Assembly: GCA_951406725.2 (NCBI GenBank)
Contig: OX597815.1
Span: forward strand, 51,026,001-51,090,000
DNA: 64,000 bases
Source of the DNA: Octopus vulgaris
Lineage: Eukaryota
Direction of reading: 5' to 3'
Shown piece after piece: positions 13,180 through 23,352 of the stretch. The position numbers and the translations under genes are program-made. Below the pieces are notes generated by a model. It worked only from the letters and a program-made list of their open reading frames with translations, ran no database searches and had not been told where the DNA came from. Each line of letters starts with the position of its first letter. The first letter of the stretch is position 1.

Positions 13180-14068
13180 CAAGGTCTGATCAATAAGTAT
13201 CCAGACTGTTGGCATAGTAATGAAGCTAAAGCACACGGAGTAAAGCTGTTTGGCACAGATTGACTTTGATCTCTGATGTACATATGCACAAAGTTTTAAC
13301 ATTGTAGCTCATTTCCACTGTTTACAGCAGTACTTCGAAGTAACATGTGGAACATGTGATCATCACATTGACCATGACAGAGAAAGTTGTCATGGTGATA
13401 CCTACTCAGAGGCCTATGCAAAGTTGCAGAAAGTGTATGGAGAGGAGTGTATGAGCACAAGAGTACCAGTGGTTCAGACATTTCCAAGATGACCGAAAAA
13501 TGTTGATATTGACAAAAGTTCTGGGAGACCTACAACCAGCAGAACTGAGAAAAACATCGCAGATGTGCATGCAGTTGTGAGGGGAAATCGCCGAATCACC
13601 ACCCTTTAGTTATCAGAGGATGTGCAGATTAGTTATGGTTCAGTTCAGTCCATTATCACTGAAGATCTGGGTGTGAGACACGTGTCTGCCAGGTTAGTGC
13701 CAAAACTGTTTTCAGCTGACCAAAAAGACACTTGGGTTTCAGTTGCACAAGATCTCCTTGATTGTGTCAAGAACGATGAAAAGTTTTTGAAAACTTTGCG
13801 TAGGCCACTGAGCAGGTATCACCAAGCTTTTGGCAAAATTTGATACAGATTTTCTGTTCAATGTTCTCTCTCATGGTCAATGTGATGAACACACACTACA
13901 CACGTTCCTTCTAAACACTGCTGCAAACAGCAGAAGTGAGCTAGAATGTTAAAACTTAGTGCACACACACAGTGGTGTTCAAGGTCAATCTGTTGCAAGC
14001 AGCTTTACTCTGTGTGCCTTAGCTTCGTCACTATAGCAACAGTCCGAATACTTATTGATCAGACTACA
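13180..14068 (+). mobile_element. Mariner-derived fold-back non-autonomous element with ~250-bp inverted ends and a transposase N-terminal fragment
   Basis: TA-flanked ends GTCTGATCAATAAGTAT / ATACTTATTGATCAGAC. Interior reads SGRPTTSRTEKNI...ISYGSVQSIITEDLGVRHVSARLVPK (HTH plus WVPH-like linker). Confidence 0.9.
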
Positions 14069-14099
14069 TATATGTGTGTGTATATATATATATACACAC

Positions 14100-14325
14100 G
14101 GGAGAATCAAAAAAAGCCTCTGATGAATTTCAGCACCTGACACACCTTCCAACCAGAGAAATCGGATCACTGCTCTTTGTTCTTCTTTGTTGCATATTGC
14201 TAGTGGAGTGGCCATGCTTACACTGTAAAGCCAGAAAGAAGAATGGCACAATCAGGCTCAAACTTCGATCATGTGATGACAATAGTACCACGCATGCGCA
14301 GAAAGCAGTGTGACAATAATGTTAT
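14100..14325 (-). mobile_element. Mariner transposase 5' fragment
   Basis: MATPLAICNKEEQRAVIRFLWLEGVSGAEIHQRL is a typical mariner N-terminal HTH. Confidence 0.85.
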
Positions 14326-14479
14326 CATGAATGATCCCTTATAGAAAATTTATACCTTTTATATGTATGTGAGTTTGTTGAATAAAAATATGGAGTTGAA
14401 TTTGTTTCCTTGAGGTTTGGGAAGAGGGTGTTTTGGGAGTGGCTGTTTGAGATATTCTTTGGCATTTTGAATCTATACC

Positions 14480-14486
14480 TGTGTGT

Positions 14487-14521
<35 letters not shown>

Positions 14522-14835
14522 GTGTGTGTTGTGAATCTTGCAAAGAAAGGAAGGAAGGAAGGAAGAAAGGAAGGAAGGAAAGAAGAAAAGAAGGAAAGAA
14601 GGAAAGAAAGAAAGGAAGGAAGAAGGAAGGAAGGAAGGAAGGAAGGAAGGAAAGAAAGAAGGAAGGAAGGAAGGAAGGAAGTAAGGAAGGAAGGAAGGAA
14701 GGAAAGAAGGAAGGAAGGAAAGAAGGAAGGAAGGAAGGAAGGAAAGAAGGAAGGCAGGATGGAAGGAAAGAAAGAAGGCAGGATGGAAAGAAAGAAAGAA
14801 AGAAGGAAGGAAAGAAAGATGGAAGGAAGGAAGGA

Positions 14836-14883
<48 letters not shown>

Positions 14884-14895
14884 AGGAAAGAAAGG
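14480..14895. repeat. (GT)n followed by a long (GGAA/GAAA)n polypurine microsatellite
   Basis: Directly visible; source of the spurious KERK and FLPS ORFs. Confidence 0.97.
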
Positions 14896-15154
14896 GGTGT
14901 TTTACTGGGGATGGTTGAAATTGATGACAGGTCCAAGAAGTTGAATTTTTTTATAAATTTCAATAAATTTCTTTTAGTCATTGTTTAACTGACAAAATTC
15001 TTTTGGTCAGTTGTCATGTTGCCCAAGTGTAGTAAATAGAATCTATGGAATTATTTGGGGAGGCTTTTAAATGTGTGTGTGTGTTTGTATGTGTATTTGT
15101 TTGAGCATATGCATGTGAGAGGGTGTGTGTGTTGTGTGTTGGATGTTACGTGAA

Positions 15155-15520
15155 TTTTTCTAGTTATTTTAGTAACAGTAATGAGAACATTATTAATAAT
15201 AATATCCACAGGTAATCTGGTTTGGTTTCGTCTGTGAAAGTAATTTTTTTTACAAAAAGAATTTCTCATTTTTTATAAATATATTTCTTACATGTTTAAT
15301 TCTGGTATAAATTTTTTTTATAAAATGTAGTTCCAAGTGGATTTTTCCAGTTATTTTAGTAACATTAATGTGAAAATTATTAATAATAATATCCAGTGGT
15401 AATCTGGTTTGGTTCATCTGGGTAACTAATATTTTTAATAAGAATTTCTCATGTTATATAGATTTGTTTTTTGCACATTTAGTTTAGGTAAAAGTTATTT
15501 TATAAAATGTAGTTTCATTG
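15155..15520. repeat. Diverged ~190-bp direct tandem duplication
   Basis: AGTTATTTTAGTAACA..ATTATTAATAATAATATCCA..GGTAATCTGGTTTGGTT..AAGAATTTCTCAT..TATAAAATGTAGTT occurs twice. Confidence 0.85.
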
Positions 15521-15825
15521 CCTTCTGGAATGTTTGGTAATCCCTTGGGCATTTGTAGAAAGGAAAGATCTTGAATCTGTTTCTACATATTTCCTGATGT
15601 TTGCTCTGTGGAGTTTATGGAATTCTTTTTCTAGGATATGCTGTCACCAGATTCTTTCATGTTGGCAAAGAGAACTGTTTTTTTTTTTGCCAGTATAATG
15701 AACTTAAAGGCTTCCTGCCACAAACAGAGTTATCCCTTAAAATTAATAAATAAGGGAATTATAAAAGCAATGGAAGTGGACATCATACAATTGAGGACAT
15801 CTAGGAAAAAAATTAATGAAAATAC

Positions 15826-16117
15826 TTCCGAACGTGGCCAATGCCAGCGCAGCCTTGACTGGCTTCTGTGCTGGTGACACATAAAAAGCACCAACCAATC
15901 ATGGCCGTTGCCAGCCTCCCCTGGCACTTGTGCCAGTGGCACGTAAAAAGTACCCCCTACACTCACGGAGTGGTTGGCATTAGGAAGGGCATCCAGCTGT
16001 AGAAACACTGCCATATCAAACTGGAGCCTGGTGCAGCCTCCTGGCTTCCCAGACCCCAGTCAAAACGTCCAACCCATGCTAGCATGGAAAACAGGCGTTA
16101 AACAATGATGATGATGA
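15826..16117 (+). mobile_element. RTE 3'UTR-derived repeat ending in (GAT)n; other copies at 56755-56898, 57200-57345, 63823-64000 (minus) and 54600-54792 (plus)
   Basis: Matches the 3'UTR after the RTE ORF remnants (49470-49757): GGAGTGGTTGGC.TTAGGAAGGGCATCCAGCTGTAGAAA...CGTTAAAC.ATGATGAT. Confidence 0.85.
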
Positions 16118-16537
16118 CTTTTGTTTATCAATACACATAATCCAGTATAACACAAAATGTAGGACACAGTTTATACTTTTAATATACTTAGTAGTAAAAT
16201 TATAGTTGCAAAACAAAATACTGTGTCTCTACCATCAATTGATTTGTGTGTACCAGTTGCCGGGAATATGTTTAATATGTGAATTGATCTATCCAAACAT
16301 GTTGCACCGCTAAACTTAGTGGCTTTTTCAGCAATGTGTTTGAGGATAGTTAATTAGTTGGATGTGGTGCTGAAATATAATATAATATAATATAATGAAA
16401 TTATTGTATATAGTGCTCAGGTGCACCACAACTTGTCAGAAAGTGCATATAAAGTACATGCAGTAATGTAGAAATGTCTGGAAAGCGAACAATGTATGAG
16501 TCAGATACATGCTTGTGTGTGTATGGAGGGGAGAAAA

Positions 16538-19366
16538 TCAAGTGTAGTGTTGGCGAATCTCAGGAAGCATGGAAGTTTTGAAGGATGCAGTGCTCCGACA
16601 ACTAACAACTGATGCCGGCAGTTTGTTCCATGCTTCAGCAACTCTCAGCATGAAAAAATGTTTCCTGAAGTCATGGGAGCTGTGCTGTTTTCTTACTTTG
16701 TAAATATGTCCACGGGTGTTAGATGGGTGGAGTTTGAAAAGGTGCTCAGAGTTATTGTTTGTACGATGGTTGATAATTTTATGGGTGTCTGCCAAATCAG
16801 CTGCCAGATGTCGGAGTTTCAATGTGTCCATGCCCAGGGAAGTAAGGCGTTCAGGATATGGCAAATGCCTGATGGAGGGTATTCTTTTGGTTGCACGTTG
16901 CTGAACAGCTTCCAGACGATTGATATCCTGGGTAAGATAGGGGTTCCAGACCGGTGATGCAAATTCCAGGTGAGGTCTTACCATAGCTATATAAAGCCGC
17001 AGATATATAGCCGGAGAGCAGCTCACAAAGGATTTGGTGAGTGATGCCAAGACACCCTCAGCCTTCTTGACAATTTTAGCGATGTGTTTTGTCCAACGCA
17101 AATCACTGTCGACAATAACACCCAGGTCATGTTCACATGAAGACTTTTTGAGACTAGTGTTGTGGAGGGAGTAGGTGGACGCTGGGTTTCTCCTCCCAAA
17201 ATGCATGGTGGTACATTTGTCCACAGCCAGCATGAGTTGCCAGTCCATGATCCACTGCTGCATTGTGTCCAGGTCTGCTTGCAATAGAGATCTATAGTGT
17301 ACAGGATTTGACCTCTTTATTTCGAGGTACAGCTTGATGTCATCTGCATATTTCAGCACTGTGGCATTCTTTAAGTTGGCATCTATGTCATTAACATATG
17401 CAACAAATAAAAGGGGGCCAAGAACAGATCCCTGTGGTACACCAGATGTCATCTCATAGGGTGAAGAGTGCTGTCCTAGAACTGTGACAACCTCTTTTCG
17501 GCTGAAAATAAAGGACTTCAACCAGTTATAGAGTTCGTCTCTTACACCCAACGCAGAAAGCTTCACCATAAGTCTTTTGTGTGGCACAGAGTTAAAAGCC
17601 TTAGCAAAGTCCAGGTAAACAACATCCACCCAGGATCCGCGATCAGTGATTTGGGTAACGTCCTCAAGAAACTCGATGAGTTGATTACAGCAGCTGGAGT
17701 TAGGAATAAATCCGAATTGTGACAGCTGGATGAGGCTGTGAGACTTCCAGAAGTTCCAGAGGGTTTCTCTGATACAGGATTCCATCAGTTTGGTGATGCA
17801 GCTAGTAAGACTGACAGGGCGATAGTTGACAGGCGATGTGCGGTCGCCTTTTTTGAACAGAGGGATGACACTGGCAGTTTTCCACTGTTCTGGAGTAACA
17901 CCATTGTCAAGACAGAATTGGAAGAATAGAGAAAGTTGGCTTAGAAGAAAGTACCCACCACGTTTGAGAAGTAGGTATGTAACACCATCGAGACTAGGAG
18001 AGGCATAATTGCGTTTATTCTTTAGGTGGCGTTGCAGCATTGCTGGTGTAAATTGCATAGTAGATATAGAGTCCGATGTCAGTGGTGATGAAGATGGAAC
18101 ATTTTGGTCTTCGACAGTAAAGATGCCGGCACAGCATCCAGCAATGATTTCTGCACATTCTTCGGGATTGCCAGTAATCTGTCCTGTGTGGGGATTGCGA
18201 AGGGGACCAACTGGAGAGTGGGGTCTCTGCTTTGAGTGCACATACTTCCAGAACACTTTGCTGTCAGGGTTAGCTGCAATGCGTTGTTCAAATTCAAGCA
18301 CTGCCTTTTTTGTCACCTGCTTGAGGTGGTTGGCTGACCTATTGCGCTTTTTCCTGTTGCTCTCTGATTTGTGCAATTTGTATTCCCATTCAGTATTACG
18401 ACGTTCTTTCCTGGCAAGTCGGACTGCTGCAGTCTCCCAAATTGCACTATTGGGTGGTTTTTTGTGCTTGTGTGGTACTGATGCTGCACATGCTGCCCAT
18501 ATTGAATTCAGAATGTTCTGGAGTATAGTGTCCACATCTCCAGAGGCATAAAATTCGTGCCAGTTTGGGCGTTGCAGCTCAGTACAATAAGAGCTCCAGT
18601 TTGCTTTATTCCAGTCAAAGCGGGCAGTCTGAAGATGGTTGTGTTTTTTGTTACAACCAATCAGAGACAAGTCGGCCATGATCATGGAATGATCAGAGTC
18701 ACCTAAAGGTTCTTCGGTAGTGACACTAATGATTGTTTCAGGAGAAGCGGTAAGTAGCAGATCCAAAGTGTTGTTACCCCTTGTGGGGGAGGTAACAACT
18801 TGGGACCAATTTGAATTCAGCACCAGTTCAAGGAAATCGTCTGCACTTTGCGGCCAACGGAAGGCCTCCCAGTCAATCTCAGGGAAATTGAAGTCCCCTG
18901 CAATATACACATATGTGGCTATTTTCATGGCAGCAGCTCTGAGGATATCAAAAAGCTGTGCGTCTTGGCGATAATTTGGAGGATGGTAAATGACTCCGAG
19001 CAGAAGTGTTGACATGGTCATGTGTATATTGCAGAAAAATACCTCCTGCTGAGATTGGTTCAAATCATCACAGGGGGGGATCGCCGATAGACTTCATCGA
19101 ACATAAATCATCACACGCCCTCCACGGCGATTAATGCGGTCTTTGCGGAACAGGTTGTAGCCGGCTATGCTGAAAACTCCATCATAGAGTGCAGAGTGTG
19201 CCCATGTTTCCGTGATTGTGATGAAATCTGGGTTGATACTTTTGATGTAGGAGACAAAAAGATGCACCTTATTGCATAAACTACGGGCATTCAAGGACAG
19301 CAGTTTATATCTGGATTTCAGATGATGATATACAGGGAATGGCTGATTGTTCTTGGTTAGTTTCCC
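16538..19366 (-). pseudogene. LINE ORF2: APE endonuclease plus reverse transcriptase, one in-frame TGA at 19094-19096
   Basis: Motifs NARSL, ITETW, GDFNFP, LDLLL, SDH; NYRPVSLTS, YLDFAKAF, GVPQGSVLGP, YADD. Track ORFs 19094-19294 and 16538-19063 are in the same frame, separated only by one stop and 10 sense codons. Confidence 0.95.
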
Positions 19367-20552
19367 AAGATTTTTGTATTGCCAGTTGTTGTTGTGCGTG
19401 TAGTCTGCTCAGTCCAACTGGCATCCCTTATCCACGACTCACCAGACTTGACAAATTTCCAGATCTGCCCATCATCGCGGAGGCTAAAACTCTCCCGTGG
19501 CACAGAGTTGTGATTTAGTGAAGCCACGGATCTTAGCTTTGGGCGTACATCGGGTGGTAGGCCAGGACGTGTTCTAAAGTTGATAATGTTGTCACGCCGA
19601 GCTCTGTCAGCAGCCAGATGGAATGTCTGCGCCTCAGTAAAGCCCGTAAACAACAGCCTGATCAGCCTGGGTTTGGATCCCGGTTGGCCAAGGCGGGAAG
19701 CACTTTTTGGAGGGACACAGCTGAGATCCCTAGCTGTGTTTCCAATGAATGCCTGCAGATCTGCCACATCTTCCGGCACTCCGATGGCTATTAATTCATG
19801 AGTGGCTGGTAAGCAACTCCCTCGATGCATTGAGGTTCTGTACGAGCTACAGGTAAGTTGCTGAGCAGGGCACTCCAATATGACCCTTCGCTGCGGGTTT
19901 TTGGACAGACACTGGTTCTGAGCTACTTCACGACTCAAAGCAGAAATCATTCGTCTAATTTCTGCAACTTCTGTGCTGATGGTCGATCTCTGTTTTAGTT
20001 GGGAAGCATCAGGAGAGGAGGGCATGGTTGGTTTTTGTTCCTGCTGATGTACTTCAGCTGGAATGATCAATTTTTGTTGTCGAAGAGCAATAGGGGAGGA
20101 AGACATAGGGGGTTTAAGTTTCTGTTTTTGTTGTTCTTCAACATGAATGGCCGATTTTTGTTGCTGCTGTTGAAGAGTGACAGGGGAGGAAGACATGGGC
20201 GGATTCATTTTTTGCTGTCGTTCTTTATCAACAGGACTGGTTTTGGGAGACAAAGTAGTTGGTTTTTGCTGTTCAGCAGCAATGGCAGCGGAAGACACGG
20301 GTTTTGTTGTTGCTGTTCAGCAGCAATGGTGGCAGGGGACACACAAGTCGCCACACAAGTCAGGCAATGAAATGACCAGTTTCGTAGCTGGACCATTTCC
20401 CAGAGTTTATCCATCATAGAAGTATGGTGTCCTTTCTTTTGACCTGGGATCTTCTGAAAGTTTGTGGCACATTGAAAGCAGATCGAAACACGACAGTTAC
20501 TGCATTCAACCCATCTATTTCGGAAGGAATTTTCGAGTTTTGTGCATATAAC
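19357..20552 (-). pseudogene. LINE ORF1 with N-terminal PHD-like finger, Q/P/S-rich repeats and a coiled coil; 1-nt frameshift at ~20302-20305
   Basis: My translation upstream of the track ORF at 20417 gives VICTKLENSFRNRWVECSNCRVSICFQC...WSFHCLTC. Restoring one A joins it to the 313-aa ORF, which contains the CR1-type RLG....KPRLI motif. Confidence 0.88.
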
Positions 20553-21002
20553 TCCTGAAATATGTATATATAGCCATTACCTATTTTTCTATCTTCATTT
20601 GCATTATCTACATAGAAGTACTGGCCCTAAATTCTATAAAAAAAATCTGTAGAGATAACTTAAAAAGTGTTATGTATACACACACACACACACGCAAACA
20701 CACACACACACAAATTTATATATGTATCCTTTAAAGTTACCATTGAATTAGTTTTGCAAATAAAAAGACAATTACAAGAACATGATGACAGTAAACATTA
20801 CATTAAAGTGTAAGAGCACTATATCAATTACAGCTTGTTCAGTTGTGTATGATATATACATTATTGCTAACAAGTAGACATGCTGTATTGTCATGATTTG
20901 TTAAGTATTATTTGTTGTGGTGAGCTGCCAAATTTTTAATAACAGTTTTACTTTGACTCCTGAAATTTTAACAACTGGATTACTTTGCTGCCAAAATTGT
21001 AA

Positions 21003-21387
21003 TAGGTGTGGCTGTGTGATAAGAAGCTTGCTTCTTAACCACATGATTTTGGGTTCACTCCCATTGTGTGGCACCTTGGGTAAATGAATCGTTTGTAGCC
21101 GTAGGCTAACCAAAGCCTTCTGAGCGGATTTGGTAGATAGAAACTGTAATGTAGGCAGCGAGCTGGCAGAAACATTAGCACGCCAGGTGAAATTCTTAGT
21201 GGTATTTCGTCTGCCATTACGTTCTGAGTTCAAATTCCACCGAGGTTGACTTTGCCTTTCATCCTTCCGGGGTCGATAAATTAAATACCAGTTACACACT
21301 GGGGTCGATGTAATCGACTTTAATCCCTTTGTCTGTCTTTGTTTGTCCCCTCTATGTTTAGTTCCTTGTGGGCAATAAAGAAATAAG
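21003..21387 (+). mobile_element. SINE B head (21003-21148) with an adjoining young SINE A (21153-21387)
   Basis: GGTGTGGCTGTGTGATAAGAAGCTTGCTT...GGTTCACTCCC, followed by GGCAGCGAGCTGGCAGAAAC...AATAAAGAAATAAG. Confidence 0.9.
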
Positions 21388-21391
21388 TAAC

Positions 21392-22860
21392 TGTAGTGAA
21401 AATGGTACTCCCCTTCCCACTATAAAGTCAGACAGTCAGTCGGTGTAGGAAGTCAGTAGTAGTAGAGTCATTGTACAAGTTCTCAGTTAGAGTAAGTTTC
21501 AGTTACATGATATATATGAGTTCAAGTTAAACATCAAAGTAAACGTTTCAAGTCACTGATAACACGATAGACGAGTTGAAGGTAATAAGATGTCGAATAT
21601 TGCCACAGCAATATAGTGGCAACAAGAATATTACAGTGTCAACAACAACATACAAGTGGACAAGGATCCACATTATAACAGTGGTAACGAGGATAGAAAC
21701 AATTCATGTGGACAACGTTTAAAAAAATTTTTTTTCACAAGAAAATAAGCAAGTCACATGGACATTTGAAATTTTTTCATGTGGAGAAATTAAACATGCA
21801 ACAGAGGAGTGAGTAACAAACATTTTTCTTGTACATATTTTACAAAAAAAACCATAAAATTATGGAAAACTTGTTAGAGGGTCTAGTTGAGTTGCAAAAA
21901 CAGCAACAACAACAACTGTGGAAGTGCAATGGCCCAGTGGTTAGGGCAGCAGACTTATGGTTGTAAGAAAGCAGTTTCGATTCCCAGAACAGGCACTGTG
22001 AGTGTTTATTGAGCAAAAACACCTAATCTCGACGAAGCTCCGGCAGGGGCGGGGGAACCCCGCTGTACCCTTTCATCACAACTTTCTCTCGCTCTTTCTT
22101 CCTACTTCTGCCACAAAGCAGAGGAACCATGGTGTGGTAAACTTTCAAACCCTAGTCTAGATTGTGAATCCTCTGTACCCCAGGATGGTTCAGCTCTCCA
22201 CCCATTAAAACCCACCATTTACGGAATGAGGATAACAACATAACTATCGTGCCCATGCAACCACACATGTGGTGAGTGGATCTTCAAGTTGCCACACACA
22301 ATCTTAGTAGCTTAGAGTAGACTCGAATTAGAGATTATTCTTTGTGGATAATGGCATGAGTCCTGATTGGAAGAAGAAAAAGAAGATAACAACAACTCAA
22401 AGAACAAGAACAACAACAAATGTTACAGCAACAAATGCTACAACTAATGAAGTTGGTTACACAACCAGCAAATACGTTTACGCCAGACCATATAGCAAAT
22501 TCAATAAATAAATTTAAATATAACCCAGAAGGAGAGTCACCTTTGAGGCATATTACCAAAGATTTGAACAGGTAAATATATATTCAACATGCAATGGCAT
22601 ACTGATGTATGGGCAAAGGGTAGTGATACCTGTGACTTTACAAAAAAAATGTTGAAAGAATTCTATATAGGACATTCAGGGATCACAAGGATGAAAGCAT
22701 TTATGCACAGTTGTGTATTGGCTGCAGATGGACAAGGAAGTTGTAAACGTAGTAAAAGGCTGCAGAGGATGTGCTCTGGCAGCAAAATTGCCTACTAAAA
22801 AATGGGAGCCTTGGCCAGAAATAAAAAGTCCATAGTCAAGACTACATCTTGACTATCTTT
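21392..22860 (+). mobile_element. Gypsy LTR-retrotransposon relic: putative LTR (21392-21680), PBS, gag start, integrase zinc-finger fragment
   Basis: TG...CA followed by TGGTAACGAGGAT (21682-21694), resembling the tRNA-Ser(GCU) PBS TGGCGACGAGGAT. Gag MENLLEGLVELQKQQ starts at 21862 and resumes as DHIANSINKFKYNPE. Integrase fragment GHSGITRMKA..YW..MDKEV..VVKGCRGC..PWP..RLHLDY. Confidence 0.8.
21918..22387 (+). mobile_element. tRNA-derived SINE (family D head, alternative 3' half, (GAA)n tail) inserted in Gypsy gag
   Basis: A-box TGGCCCAGTGG and B-box GTTTCGATTCC; TSD AACAACAACT at 21908-21917 and 22388-22397. Confidence 0.85.
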
Positions 22861-22934
22861 TTATCAAAATAAGGTAAAATTTGGAATCAAAGAAAACTGG
22901 TGATGGTCTATGTCAAGAAGAATTGGTCAATATA

Positions 22935-23352
22935 TAGGCATAGGAGTGGTAAGTAGCTTGCTTACGAACCACATGGTTCCGTGTTCAGTCCCACTCCATG
23001 GCACCTTGGGTAAGTGTCTTCTACTTTAGCCTCAGGCCAACCAAAGCCTTGTGAGTGGATTTGGTAGATAGAAACTGAAAGAAGCCTGTCGTATATGTGT
23101 ATATATATATATATGTATGTATGTATGTATGTGTGTGTGTATATGTTTGTGTATCTGTGTTTGTTCCCCCCAACATCGCTTGACAACCGATGCTGGTGTG
23201 TTTACGTCCCCGTAACTTAGCAGTTTGGAAAAAGAGACCAATAGAATAAGTACTAGGCTTACAAAGAATAAGTCCTGGGGTTGATTTGCTCGACTAAAAA
23301 GGCGGTGCTCCAGCATGGCCACAGCCAAATGACTGAAGCAAATAGTAAAGAG
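22935..23352 (+). mobile_element. SINE family B, full-length with internal microsatellite; partial copies at 33130-33220 (minus), 37935-38035, 47990-48150, 53400-53515, 62930-63090
   Basis: tRNA-like head (GTGGTAAGTAGC...GTTCAGTCCC), GGCACCTTGGG.AAGTGTCTTCTAC, and tail GGCGGTGCTCCAGCATGGCC. Confidence 0.9.

Larger units (their letters stand above)
14330..15827. pseudogene. Decayed Penelope-like element pieces (minus ~14330-15680; plus fragment ~15690-15827)
   Basis: Minus: LSFLQ..PKGL, LLKFIKKFNF and TPYFYSTNSHTYK. Plus: KQSYPLKLINKGIIKAMEVDIIQLRT, resembling the PLE motif YP..LI..GI.KA. Confidence 0.45.
16376..20552 (-). mobile_element. Near-full-length CR1-group LINE (ORF1, ORF2, 3'UTR, (TTATA)4 tail), slightly 5'-truncated
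   Basis: Two overlapping ORFs; tail TATAA x4 at 16376-16395 on the plus strand. Inserted inside the repeat family also seen at 16-660, whose halves join across it. TATAA is also present at the 5' junction (20547-20551). Confidence 0.95.

Noticed and set aside
14325-14988. Long ORFs (218, 192 and 140 aa) rich in KERK or FLPS
   Set aside because: They are translations of the (GGAA/GAAA)n microsatellite.
16658-18974. Plus-strand ORFs overlapping the LINE
   Set aside because: Antisense shadows of the RT coding frame, with no motifs.
19061-19096. Frameshift at the G7 run, or programmed TGA readthrough, inside ORF2
   Set aside because: Both sides are in the same frame, so there is no frameshift. 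The TGA lies mid-endonuclease and is most simply a CGA-to-TGA mutation; no readthrough or SECIS evidence seen.
20299-20310. Second programmed frameshift in ORF1
   Set aside because: CAA CAA AAC is not an X_XXY_YYZ heptamer; a 1-nt deletion in an A-run explains it.
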